From Somniosus microcephalus (Eukaryota): a DNA stretch of 64,000 nucleotides. Location: positions 23,684,001-23,748,000 of the forward strand of contig CM126228.1 in the NCBI GenBank assembly GCA_052327205.1, read 5' to 3'. The position numbers were made by a program, and so were the translations under genes. Below the pieces are notes generated by a model. The model had not been told where the DNA came from. It searched no databases and saw only the letters and a list, made by a program, of their open reading frames with translations. How positions within the stretch are numbered: the first letter of the stretch is position 1; each line of letters begins with the position of its first letter. Shown piece by piece: positions 37,262 through 50,350 of this stretch.

Positions 37262-37597
37262 GAGCAGAAAATCCAACTTTCAATTCCCAGTTTGTGTTGA
37301 GTTCGCTGATGTCAGCCAGGGTGGTAGCAGGGTGCTAAAATTGACCTCATCGCCCGAACTAGGGAGAGGACAACCTGCAGGGGTTCCTGCTCCTAATCTA
37401 TATCCAGTGACTTGCTACTGGAAGCCACATGTGTTTGGGCAGGATCTGATTTGGTTGTGATGCTTTATCAGTTGAATAACCTGCCAGCAGTTATCACCAG
37501 GGCTCATACATGAAGAATGGTTACTTGAGTGAGATACTGGAGGACACTTGTGGGAAAATCCCTAGTATAACTCAGCACCTTTTGGAGAAAAGGGAAA
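37262..37597 (+). mobile_element. Old SINE-like family (further copies at about 3575-3800, 25965-26310 and 46693-47040 plus; 22560-22905 minus)
   Basis: Shared blocks GGGTTCCTGCTCCT..TATCCAGTGAC, CATGTG, CATACATGAAGAATG and TCAGCACCTT. Confidence 0.6.
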
Positions 37598-40357
37598 ATC
37601 TCTTTCTGCTTCCCAAGTGATTCCATTTCACTTAAAAGCAAATAAAATGCTAGGAGTATTGGCACTGCCAAAGAGAGACACAATCTTAGTTAATTAATTA
37701 TGTTCTAATCCAGACACTGCTCACTGCTCTCCTCACCAAAAACATTCTGAACAAAAATAGAAATGTCTGGCAAAATACTTGAAATTATGAAAAACAGCAA
37801 TCACAATTTATAAAGTTTAAAATGGCTTCAGAGTATCTCACAGTAAGTAGAGATTAGAGTGGGATAGCACACAAGACTGATGGCAGTCAACAAGACAATC
37901 ACCATATATTAACCTGAAATAGAATTCTTCCGAATGGTTTTAAAAATAATGCAAAATGCACCAATTTTTGCATAAGTCTCAAATTATTTTCAACCCTAAA
38001 GTAAGGTGATAGGATCAGTGATGGTCTCGTTTTTCCATACTGCTGGATGGACATGGGACACCAGGTGGGCACAGTATTGTTCTAATTTTAAAACAAGAAA
38101 CGCAGGTAACAATGTTTCCATTTATTATGGCTACTTGCGTTTCCATTATCACTGCTGAAGCATTACTACAGTCTAGAAATTCTGCAGGCCAAAATGCTTC
38201 TTTAGTATTCATTTAGCAATATTCATGTAAAATAAGTAGTTAATTAAGTATGCTCAGATACATACCATATTTTGAAAGATACTGTTTTAGGCTTACAAGA
38301 TGAGGATAGTTTAAGACCCTTCAAAGCATGCAGAGTACAGTAGTTTTACTAATGTTTGGATTAGACCACTGATGCAGAGATTGGTACGTAAAATGCTCAG
38401 AACATGGTTGATGGCAAAAGTTAAAATGTAAATCAAACAGATTTCTATAGTAATGACAAGGGACAAGTTTTAACAAAATTATACACCTAATGTGAATAAG
38501 ATCAAGTGGAAAAGGCTAATTATTCATATAAGCGTGTCTGATCCCCTTCTATACAAGGCTGCTCACACACTGGGAGTGCAGCATGCTAAACCCTCAATCC
38601 CCAGTATCACAAGCATTAGTACACAATTCACTGTTACAATCATCCATTCAATAGGTTTCCAATTACAAGATAGGTTATCAAGGGCATGGAAAACAGCATT
38701 TTGATATGGAAAGAGGGGAAAAAAATTCAAAGCAGAGTTAACCCAGATGAGTTGTACACAACCCTGATCTAAACAGACAGGCCTGGGAGTATATCACCTG
38801 CCTATCTTCTCATCAAGTATTATCTGGCCCAGAGACCCAAGAAAAGGGAAAGGAATATCTTAAAATAAATTAGTGGGTCTTGTTAAAATAAATGCACATA
38901 AAGCAAATTTCCTATACAGAAATTAAGGTCTAATATTGACTGTGTCATTTTTCTATTATCAAACCTATATAAAAAAAATCTATAATATATGCGCCACAAC
39001 GGAATGGCAATTTGACAGATACAGATAACCTGTGTTAAAATATAGGTCATTTCATTTACAATAAATTATGTCACTTGTTTCAAAAGTGCAACGCTCTAAT
39101 AGTGCAACGCAATAAATGTGAAGGATCACTCCAGCTACAAACAGAAGTGCAAAGCACAACCAGAACCAAAATTAGTTTTTTATGGGCTTGGTGCCCTTAA
39201 GTCGAAGCTTGGGTACAACTTTAAAGAGGCTCGATAACATCATGCATTCACACCAATAATAAAATGCTACTGAATGTGTGTGAATTAACTTTGAATTTTC
39301 ACCTCGGTCAAGAAAACGAAGATAAACAACAGCGATAAGCCAAACGCAGAGCAAGAAATTAAATAAATTAACAACTTTGTCAGCCTAATCGCCTGTGGTA
39401 CATGTTTATTTTCTTCAATTTATATTCTGCAAACCCTCTTCCTCCCAGCACTTGCACAAATCCATTTCCAAAAGGACAGGTAGATAATTGGCCACTAAGT
39501 AAAAAATGCACCACTTGAAGCAACTCATTGGTAGATTTTCCATTCCCATTGGGAAGCAGCTAGCCTCAGCGTTTGCTCCCTATGACCCAACGGACATCAG
39601 AAACTCGTGGGAAATCACATGCACAATCTTGGGTGCTACTGCTCCAAAGCACAGTTAGCCTACCAGTCTGCAATGCCAAAGGAATGCCTTGTAAATGTCC
39701 ATTTTTAAAATCTGTCAACTCGTAGAATTTGCATCATTTGATGCCGATTTAAGTCCAACACTAAAAGCAGAGTCCATTTTCAGTGAAAAGAAACTACATT
39801 TTTAATTTAGGTCCATTTTGGTCTTATTTGTGCCCAGCTGATACTACGACATGGTTCAGAAACTGCATGCGACTCACCCACTGGTTAATGGTTGAAGCAG
39901 AGATTACTGCCCGTTTCCTGCCCACTTTTAAAATGCTAGAGGGATTACCGAGTGCAGAACCAACAAATCAAAGACTTCTATGTATTTGGTGGAGCTTACA
40001 ACCAGGATTTCTCACATTCATACTAACATCAATTCTGAACAAGGCACACAGGGAATGCTAAAAACACATCATGTATTGGCTGTTTGCTATGCTGCAAGAG
40101 TTATTCAGCAGCACAAAACTAAACTTTATCACAATGGTTAGCAACTGTCAGGCTTATAGATTTGGAGATCTTTTCATTACAGTATTTGCTTTAGTCATCT
40201 TTGCTAACCATTAATCATTGCATTGTTGTAAGTGCATTGAGCTCAAGACTACATTTGAAATCGCTTGACAATACTTCCCTTGATAAGCAATGCAGCAGTT
40301 TCCTTTCTTAGTATCTAATGCTATTGAAGAAAACCAGAAAATGTCATTCTTCCTTAC

Positions 40358-40460
40358 CTTCACTGACTAGTTCACTGTTTTCTGACTGTTTACAGAAGAT
40401 AATCTTCTCCACCAGCTGGTTATAACTGCACATTCCCACTGCCTTCGCTACTTCAGCATT
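40358..40460 (-). CDS. MINDY2: MINDY2 coding exon (103 nt): NAEVAKAVGMCSYNQLVEKIIFCKQSENSELVSE(G)
   Basis: Not in the ORF track; translated by hand. Acceptor CTATAG and donor GTAAGG. Contains SYNQLVEKII. Phase 0 in, phase 1 out, which fits both neighbouring exons. Confidence 0.95.
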
Positions 40461-43202
40461 CTATAGAACAGAATTATCAGCAGAAAATTAAGTTCGAGAC
40501 TCGCAACAAGATTTCTAGCACTACGTATCCCCCATTTTACACAATTTGCAACCTCAGACACATGCCATGAAGTACATTACAGGAAAAGATCTGCAGCATC
40601 ATGGAGGTGAAACTATTGAGGATACAGGGACTACTGTGCATATTGTGAAGACGTATACTTGCTCCATCCCCCACAAAAAACTTGTGTTTGAGTGGTGTAG
40701 ACGGTCATACAATATAATGTAATGTGGAACAGGCGCAAGGGGCTGAATGGCCTACTCCTGTTCCTGTGTCACAAAATTAAAGTAAATCTATCCATCCAAT
40801 ATATGAAATATTTTCTTCTCTGCTTACTGAGATGCATTACAAAAGACTTAACTTCCTCCCCCCCCAAAAAAAACCATGTTGAAGTCCATTGACGTGATCT
40901 TTTATTTCCAATTTAACATCAATATATGACCAAGGCATTTCGTTTGCTGGTCTTCACTGATTAGTTTGAAGATTCACCATAATGCAAAACATATCTTCAA
41001 ACCAGCTCAGGTTTCCCAAGATGTATTGAGCTGTCTGTTGACATATTCAAAATCTTATGATCAGAGAACTGCATCAGGCTTGCATATGGATGGCAGTTTC
41101 TCAGCTTCTGCCCAGAATACATTTTGGTAAGTGAAAGTACTAGCTTTAAATGAATTGTAATGGAGGATTACATAACACTGTTACCTCACACCTTTTACAG
41201 TAAACCTCTCAAACAACACTTACATCATATCGTTATATAACTTGACAGTATAGCGTGTAAAGAAAAAGGAAAATGTAAATGCATGCAGTAGGACAGGAAA
41301 AATGAGAAGGCTCTGGATGGCCATTGAATCAGCCAGCAGTGTTAGCTAATTTTTTTGGAAATCGGATCCCTTTATCTCCCTCCTCTCCCAACACATACAC
41401 CAATGCACCTCTGCTAACAGCCTTGTTCTGGAAAGCAGGCTTCAAACAGACATCCTTGAGGCCATCAGGTTTCTATTTAATGTGGTCACACTGTCTCTGC
41501 ATTCAACATATTTTCCTCTAGTCACTGCTGTACTTGTACATTATTTCTGTATACTGCTCAACATGTATCCTATAGTGATAATGCTGTTTTCCTTTGGGTA
41601 GCGGACACCTTTATTTGGTAGCTAGGACAAAGCTTCCTCAGGCATGTACCAATATTTGCAGGGGTGCCCCAGGAATGTATCTATATTTGCATGAGGCACT
41701 CCCACAGAAAGTTTGAAAATCACTGGATTGGAACAGTTGCTTTGACCTTCAACCCTTGGAGAAAGCCAGAGTGCCCCTCTCAATCAATTAACCAAGAAGT
41801 CAAATTTTACAGATCTAAGGTCAACAACCCATTTCTTTGAGTAATGGCCAGCAGAAATTTTTAGAATATAATTAATTGAGGCCATTGGACCCGCAGAATA
41901 AACTTAGATGCTGCAATCTTTATTTTCTGCCAAAAAAGGGTCGATCTACTATATATATTGTATATTACAATGCAAGACGTGCCACGGGAGCCTCCCATGG
42001 CACGTCTTGCATTGTAATACAAATCTAGGCAGACTCTTGCAAAATGTCTTGGATTAGAATATTTCAAAACTATTAACTTCTGGACCAGTACAGTAACTAA
42101 ATGTCATTCTTTCTAAATCAGTCAAGATAAGGATTCAAACCTGGATATCCTAAATGACAGTCTAGAACACCGACCGGGCTGCTTAAATAATATACTTTAA
42201 AAAGGTATTTAATTCTTTTCAAATATTTAAGTTGCTATTTTTGTGCCTCCAATGTTAACATAAATGTAACATTGGAGGCACAAAAAATTCCCACATCTGT
42301 CCTTTTTAAACAGAATCTCGCATGACACTGATTAAGATCCTCATGCTTATTATCCAACGCAGCAACCTTATTCTGCAATCCACAGCATTTCAAAAACCAA
42401 CAGTAATTTAAAACATTCTTCCATCTTAATCAAATACCACCCAGTTCATCTCTCAAGGTGGCATCACTAAGGTTCCTGTTTTATTGGCAGTTTTAATCTG
42501 AATTAAATTGTCCTGCTCAAGGAACTTAATTCACCAAAACATCAGTGAAAACTTGTTTTTAAAAGTCATAATGTAGTATTTTATATTTTTAAAACTCAGC
42601 GAGCAATTTCTCTGAATTCAGTGTGCAGTTTCTCAACTCCCTCAAATGTAACTTAACTACTGAGCTGGCACTCCAGGGCTCTACGTGAGAGTCTGTCAAA
42701 AACAAAGGGTCTTGAATAAACGTTAAATATTAGCATACATCATGATGTAATAATAATATTGAAAAAGAATGCATGGAGTGCAGTAGAAATGCTCATTAAG
42801 AACAGGCGAATTGACTGCCAACCTGAATGCTGTGGGGGAGTCAAACGTTACCTGACAATTAAACTTACCTGTTTCAGATCAATGTGTTTCACCAAGCTGC
42901 TAAAGCTAGCTACTTTGTTACGGTGGGTGCTAGATTTTAGGGATTCAGGGAGAAGGGGAATGAAGCAAAAGGCTTAACGCGTGTTACATCTTCTCCTTAT
43001 TTCATATCTGTGTACTGGAGATCAACTGTAGAATGCCAGTAGCCCTCGCATTGCCACCTGACTAGCTGAAGGAAGTAGGACCCGTGACGAGGAAAAGGTG
43101 GGCAGTAATACAAGCGCATGACTATAAGCCAAGCTTAAAAGAAAAATTGCAGATTTATATACACTATAAACTTCAACTTACTTTTCTGGAATTTATTCTT
43201 AC

Positions 43203-43361
43203 CTGAGGGTCCACCAACCATCCATGGTAAAGTGCAATATCAAGGAGGTCAAATACGATGCACTCAGGTGTATATTCGAACACTCTCACACCAGTAAACT
43301 TTACATTTACATCCAGTCCCGTCTGCAGCTTGTGTAGTATGGCCATTGCATCGCTCATATT
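43203..43361 (-). CDS. MINDY2: MINDY2 coding exon (159 nt): NMSDAMAILHKLQTGLDVNVKFTGVRVFEYTPECIVFDLLDIALYHGWLVDPQ
   Basis: Acceptor AAACAG and donor GTAAGA. 53 codons, phase 0/0. Contains the MINDY catalytic-domain motifs GLDVNV and YHGWLVDPQ. Confidence 0.97.
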
Positions 43362-44599
43362 CTGTTTCAGAAACAGAAAAGGAAAATTCAAGATTTAAGA
43401 GCGTAAAAAAAAAAAATCAAAGGGTTAAAATAAAAAGGGCCAACTGCATAATACGTGAAACCTTGCTCAATGCAGGGATTTGGAAATTGGTACATTGCCG
43501 AAGTGGCCATTCTTCACAGATGAACTTAGACATTGTCACTGGGCTGTTGAATGGTCACAACTAAGCCCGATTCCACACTCACCCAAAGTCTACTGTTTAA
43601 GGCTCAAGTTATGTATAAAGATGCAATAAGATGTTAATCTCTAACTGGGAAGCACAACAAAAAACGACCAAAGGAATGTCTACACTACACTTGTATGAAT
43701 GCTTGTGCCAATGCCTGCTCTGTCAATTGTCTGCACCTTGGATTTCCTGTTTTGTCATTTTTATCCGTCACTTTGTAATCCTCTTGCCTTTCAGTAGTAG
43801 CAGGGCTGCTGATGGGGTGGATGCTTTTTGAGGCTCTGCACTCTATTGTGACATTCTCCTTCAATTGTCCCAATTACTTCAATTTTCACTTAGAGTTTTC
43901 TTCTCTCACCACCAATGTGGTCCCTTCACAAATCCAAATCTGTTCCCCGTTTTGCATATTTACAATAATGAGCAGAACTCAAAAAGTGGATACAAATAGC
44001 ACAATTCTACTTGTGTCAATGCAAAACCCATTTCTAACCATTTGCACCCATATTGGAAAATCTAGGCTCCTATCTTCACGAGAGTACCATCTTGCAACAG
44101 AAACAAGTATTGAAAACTGCACAGAATTAATGGTGCAAATCTGCATTACTACATGGCACATCATATGAACTGCACCACCCACAAATCCTTGCTTTTCTTT
44201 TCAGTTCTCTTTACAAGTAAACTACAATGATGATTTGGTATATAATATGATTAAAAAATGGTTTAACAAAACATTAGTATTTGTCCCTGACATCATCTGT
44301 GTAATTCACATTCTGAGCTAAATGGCTCTCAGACTTTTTTAGTCCACTGTTAATTGCCCTTAATTTCAGAGTTTCAAAATACTGTATTACCAATAGCAAG
44401 ACTTTCAATTTTCATTTACAAATGCTTTTGAAGTTAGTCGATCCCTAGGTACAGGAAAGAAAAATGTAATTTTATTCATCAAGAAAAGGGGATGAAATGT
44501 CAACAAAAGCAGTGCAATGAGGTAATGTTTTCCAAAGGTTTTCCCTTTGGAAAATTCTGGTGATAATTTGGAGCAGATATCAAGAACACAAATGATAGA

Positions 44600-45425
44600 G
44601 GGGGTGATTTTGCCAATGGGGGCGCGTTGGAGGCGGGACTGCTGCTTGTCAGGTTTTAGTCCCGCCTCCATCGACTTGCGGCCAATCCACGCTCTTTTCC
44701 CTTGATTGACCTGGTTAAGCCCACCAGCAGACTTAGCAGGCCAATTAAGGGAAAGCCGGTGACAGAGAACGTCAGCATATGACGTTTGACAGATGAATTG
44801 TCATCATTTGACAGCTTTGAGAAGCTGTCAAACACTGACATACTCTGTTGTTTGGCGAGTTCTTGTACTCAAGGCTCACTAAACCTATTTCCTGAACAGA
44901 AAGCAGATGGCTGGTGCATCAGCGAATGCAGCAGCCATTCTGTCATCCCTGCTGTGGAGATGTCGGAGCCTCCGGATCCCCAACGATCAAAGCCTGCAGG
45001 AAGAAACAAAGGTAAGTAAACTTTTTATAAGACTTTTCACTTACCTCACATACTCACCTCTCCACACTTGCACCCATCACTCACCTCCACAGCGCACTTT
45101 TGGACCCCTCTCACCCCCGCAGACCCACTGCTCGTCTCACTTTCCCTGGCGGGGTTTCCCGACGTCAGGCAGCCCACACCTCTGCTGGAAAAATGGGGAT
45201 AATCCTCTTAACTGCCTGTTAACTACCAGTTAACAGGCAGGCAAGTGGCTGTAATCCCCTTCCCGCCTCCAGGAGACGGGACCCGGCGCGGGTCAGGTAC
45301 CCGCCTCCTGGGAAGATGGCACGGAGGCGGGTTGGGGCGGGTTGGGCACCCGCCCCCGGATTCTGCCATTTTCCCAGCAGTCCCGCCTCCAAACCCGCCT
45401 CCCCAGGGCTGGCAAAATCGCCCCC
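44600..45425. mobile_element. Non-autonomous TIR element, Harbinger-like (826 bp)
   Basis: 16-bp TIR GGGGGTGATTTTGCCA / TGGCAAAATCGCCCCC (one mismatch), a 3-bp TSD AGA, and repeated subterminal CCCGCC motifs. Confidence 0.8.
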
Positions 45426-47881
45426 AGAGAGTCCAGTTATATTTCCTTAGTTTATATTTTCCTTAATGATGAACGTGCTACAGCATGCACCAAGTACCTA
45501 GTAGAAATGTTAAGTATATTTCAATGGGAAGGTTCCACCCTATGCAGAAGTGTGATTCTGCAGTCATATGATGCAAGTTTTTATGTACACGCTGACATGC
45601 ATCAAGCTATTGCTACACATCAAAGCTCCAGAATTAAAATATTGATGAAAATTTTAGTTAGGCACAGTAAGTTTCTCCAGGACAAAGACCTTACATAATA
45701 ACAATCATAAATGCAAGTCTTTTTCCCTTTAGTAAGGATATATTAAAATGAGAAATTACCATGTGAATAGTGAATTTTTAAAAAATGCTAATATGTTCTT
45801 TCTGCTTTTCCCATAACCAATCAAAACCAATTTATGTTTTCTCCCCCAATGATGCAAAAAATTACCAATTCAAACTGATGTGAAAACCTCTCAGTCAGGA
45901 GTTTTTTTTAATCTAACATTTCTGAAGATTAATGGAAAATAAATTATTGAACTTCTTTGCATTAATGTGAAACACCAGATTTGTTCATCCAACTGTGTAA
46001 TATAGAAGAGAATAAATAGGTTAAACTGTAGAACATATCATTGCAGGGCTACATCATGTGTGGCATGACAGCTACGCTTACTTAGCATTTCTTAAAAAAA
46101 TTTGCCCCTCTTTAGCATCCATGCCTTACAAAGCAAAGAGGAGACAATGACCGGCTGGAAACTACAATTACGAGTAAAATGAGTCTTTAGCGTGAAGTAC
46201 AATTCACAGCTTTTAGCCTCCTTCACTGCCACCTCTTGCTGCACCATAAATTAATTTCAGGACGCAGTGAACCTAACTTTTCATTCTAACTCATGCATTT
46301 ACTGTTCACTCAATCTTTTGTGCTTGATGAGCATCACCCTCCAGGTACACAAGATTTCATTACATTTTGACTCTTTTTTTCTAATCATTCAAAAGGACTG
46401 TTTTTTCTAAAATGATTGATTTACTAATGATAGCTCGACAGTCTTCATGAAATTAAAGTATGTTTATTTCCTTTCCTCATTTCAAAGTCTCTGGTTACAA
46501 CTAATCAATCAGGCAGAAAATAAATTAAAAATGGAAAGCACTGAATGTAAAAAACATTTCCAGTGTCTTAATAGTTTTGTTTAAAAATTAAAAGCTAACC
46601 CACAGTACAGTTAAACCGTAAGAAAATGAAACTACGTTTCACCAATACAAATATGGTTGGAAATGAAACATTGAAATCACAACTAAAAGTTGCCCAATGG
46701 CTCAGCTGGCTAAATTAGTGAGTAAAGGAGCTATATACATCAAGAAAGTCTCCTGTTCGATGCGCAGTCAGTGCTCAAGCTCTTGCTGATTTCAGTCGTG
46801 GTGTTACAACTGGCCTCAGACCACTTTCCACCAACCCCTGCTGGGAGTGTGCATGTGGACGCCAGCTGAGAATAGGAGTCACCTCGGCTAGGATACTGCA
46901 CCCTCTCAGCCAAATATTTTTCTGAAACATGAATAATGAACAAGTGAGCAAAACACCAGTAAGTGACTGATGCCAGTCGAACTGTATCCTAGTGAGGGGT
47001 CAACACTTTAAGAGGAGGGGAAAGAAGAAAATATGGCAAAGAAAACTGAAGAGAGAAAAAGTTTTTGAAAATGCAGATGATTAATGAAGCTAACAAAATT
47101 GATTGTCGTTAAGACTATACAAGTAAGTGACCTTCTTGAACGGTCTATGAATTCAACTACATAACATAAGATAATCCACTGTGTGCATTTGTTAAGCATG
47201 ACAGCAAATCCCAGAAATACATAGAATGCACCTTTCATACATGAACGTTCCCTTGGGGGAAAAGGGCACAAGTTTTTAACAATTTTTCTTTTTTTTTGGT
47301 CAACCAGAAGTCCGATAGCATAAAAATCCACAAAAGAGTCTGTTTGCCTGATATGGAGGGTACAATCTCTTCCCATAGGAACACAGCCCTCTCTTCTAAG
47401 CTCTGGGGATTTAGGAGCACATTGGCGACAGCTAAGGCAATCACCAAAGGTGTGCAAGGGTTCTCTTGTGAATTTACCCAGCTAAAATAACGCAGCTCAT
47501 ACAGCACTAGTAAGCTCCTCAGTGCTTGTGCAGCTAGACCCACCCTACCCAATACAGCAGTGATTTGCAGGATAGACTGGAGCCAAGTGAGAAGAATATA
47601 AGCCAGCAACAAATGTTCAAACCCCTAACTTTGATCAATGAGCCAGACTAGCGGTTCAATCATCAACAGCATACCGCAGCACTGGGGATTTGCCTGGTAC
47701 ACGGATTGGCTTTTAAGCAGCTTGAAATGTGGATACCTTAATGTTCCACTGTACTGCCCTCCTTCGGTAAATGTTACCGTTTTCTGCAAGGTCATGAGGG
47801 GAAACCAATAAAAAGACAGAGCCAGTGAAACACCACAGATGTTGGTAGTTACAAACAAATCAGCATTCCCCAAAATGACAA

Positions 47882-48760
47882 TTGACATTTATATAGCACC
47901 TTCAACATAAAAAGGTGCTTTGCAGAAGGGGGAATGAATAAAACAAGAGTAATATCGGATGAGGCGCTGAGTCAATGTGGGAGAATTAGGAGAGGTGGCT
48001 GAAGTCTTTATCAAAGAAGTGGACTTTAAGAAGTTTTTTTTTTTTTTTAAAAGATGGAGAGAGAACTAGAGGCAGAAATGTTTAGGGAGGGAGTTCCAGA
48101 AAGTAGCAGACTCTGTCACCATTGGAGGAATAGAAGGGATGCATAACAGGCCAGATTCAGACCGCTGAAGGGCATGGAATAGGACACTGCCTAGAGAAGG
48201 TTGCTGAGGTAGAGGTGGGGCGAAGCCCTGTACAGATTTCAAGCAAACAATGAGGTTTAAAAATTCAATGCGCTAATTGTTGAGTAGACAGTGTAGATCA
48301 GCAAGGATGTTGGTAATGGGGGAGTGAAACTTAATAATATGTGATATAGAATGATTGAGTTTTGGAGCGTGGAAAACGAGAGGCTAGGAAGGAGGATGTT
48401 GACAACGCGTCTAGAGGTGACAATAGCATGGGCGAGGGTTTTAACAGTGATGGGGGTGAGGTAGGGGTGCAGGCGGATGATGCTCCAGAGGTGGAAGCAA
48501 GCAGTCTTGGTGATGGATCAGATGTCAGGTGTGAAGCTCAGCTCTGGGTCGAATAAGTCACTAACATTTCGGAAAGTGTGGTTAGAGATTAGGGAGCTTG
48601 TTGAAGACAAATGAGTCAAGAATGGGCTTTTTGAGGAGCGGGCTGGTGATGCTGTTCAGCGAGCATGGGTGCCAGGATGGGTAGTTGAGTGGAGGGGGAA
48701 TCAAGGGAGCAGGATATGCGCCTTATGAAGATGAGCTGAAGAACTTGGTTGGGAAGGGGC
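47882..48760 (-). mobile_element. Old L2-like LINE 3' region
   Basis: Tail (reverse complement) GAAGGTGCTATATAAAATG and subterminal GGAACTCCCTCCCTAAAC. Related plus-strand ends lie at 3940-4145 and about 13040-13300. Confidence 0.6.
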
Positions 48761-48864
48761 TAAACTGAGGTGGGGGGAAAACATGACTATTGGATTTCTG
48801 TTAGATTTAATAGTTTTCAGAAATATGCGCATTTGGAATCATCAGTGTTTCAATATAAGCAGAA

Positions 48865-49720
48865 CCAGAACATTAATAAACTTTCAGAATGGGCATATAA
48901 TTGGCAAATGAATTTCAACACAGATAAATGTGAGGTATTACATTTTGGTAGGAAGAATAGGGAGGTCACTTATCACTTGGAGGGTGCGAGTCTCGGTGGG
49001 GTAGAGGAACAAAGGGATCTCGGAGTACAAATACACAAATCACTAAAAGTAGCGATACAGGTTAACAAGGCCATAAAAAAAGCAACCCAGGCACTAGGGT
49101 TTATTTCTAGAGGGACAGAATTGAAAAGTAGTGAAGTTATGCTAAACTTGTATTGAACCTTGGTTAGACCACACTTGGAGTACTGCGTACAATTCTGGTT
49201 GCCGTATTATAAAAAGGGTTTGGAGGCACTGGAAAGGGTGCAGAGAAGATTTAGAAGGATGATATCAGAAATGCAAGGGTATACCCATCAGGAAAGGATG
49301 AACAGGCTGGGTCTCTTTTCTCTTGAAAAGAGAAGGCTGAGGGGTGACCTAATAGAGGCCTTTAAAATTATGAAAGGTTTTGGTAGAGTGGATACAGAGA
49401 GAATGTTTCCACTTGTGGGGAAGAGCATAACTAGAAGCCATCAATGCAAGATAGCCATCAAGAAATCAAATAGGGAATACAGAAGAAACTTCTTTACCCA
49501 GAGGGTGGCGAGAATGTGGAACTCGCTACCACAGGCAGTAGTTGAGGCAAATAGTATAGATGCATTTAAGGGGAGGCTAGATAAGCATGTGAGGGAGAAG
49601 GAAATAGAGGGTTATGCTGATAGTTAGATGAGGAAAGACAGGAGGAGGCTCGAGTGGAACATGGACTGGTTGGACCGAATGGCCTGTTTCTGTGCCGTAT
49701 ATCCTATGTAATCCTACGTA
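48865..49720 (+). mobile_element. CR1 3' fragment of a distinct subfamily
   Basis: WQMNFNTDKCEVLHFG and VRPHLEYCVQFW, with an ATCCTATGTA-type tail. A matching antisense 3' end lies at about 11636-11856. Confidence 0.9.
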
Positions 49721-50350
49721 AGATTTCACCAAATTTTCTTTCCTCCTCTCGAAGGAGGCAACTCATTGAGGTAATGTTTCAACTGTGATAACAGTCCATC
49801 AGTGCTGTCTGAGTAGTCTTTCTTCACAACTTAGCCTAGACAGAGATTGCTGGCAGACTATTTGGCTTTAATGCTATAATATTTTTATAAGCCTGCACAT
49901 GCAGCGGTAGTTTCAGTGTAAATTGGTTCCAGTTATCCTGGGCCAGGAAGGGTATAAATCAACAAGGCTTCTGACTCCTGATCTTTGTGGGGAGCAACAC
50001 AGACAAAGCCAAACCAAGTTTCACCCATCTACACAGGTGCACTTTCCAGAGGAAACCATTTGATTTATCATCATTAGTCAGCTCTCTCCTCAGATTTATG
50101 TCCTCTGTAGCCCAGGAACACTTTATATTGCTATCACCACTGCATGTACAGGATTAGTTAAGTTTTCAACTTAAATGATAAAGCTTACATCTCTCCAAAG
50201 TTTAATTAGTGAAAGCCACAATGTTGCATAGTTTCCAGCAGTTTAGTCAATGCTCTGGTTCCCAAACAAAGATCTGAAGCAGCCCCACATGAAAGATAAA
50301 CCCCAAGAGCTTACTGTTCTAATTAAAAATATTTCTTTGGAAACAAATTG

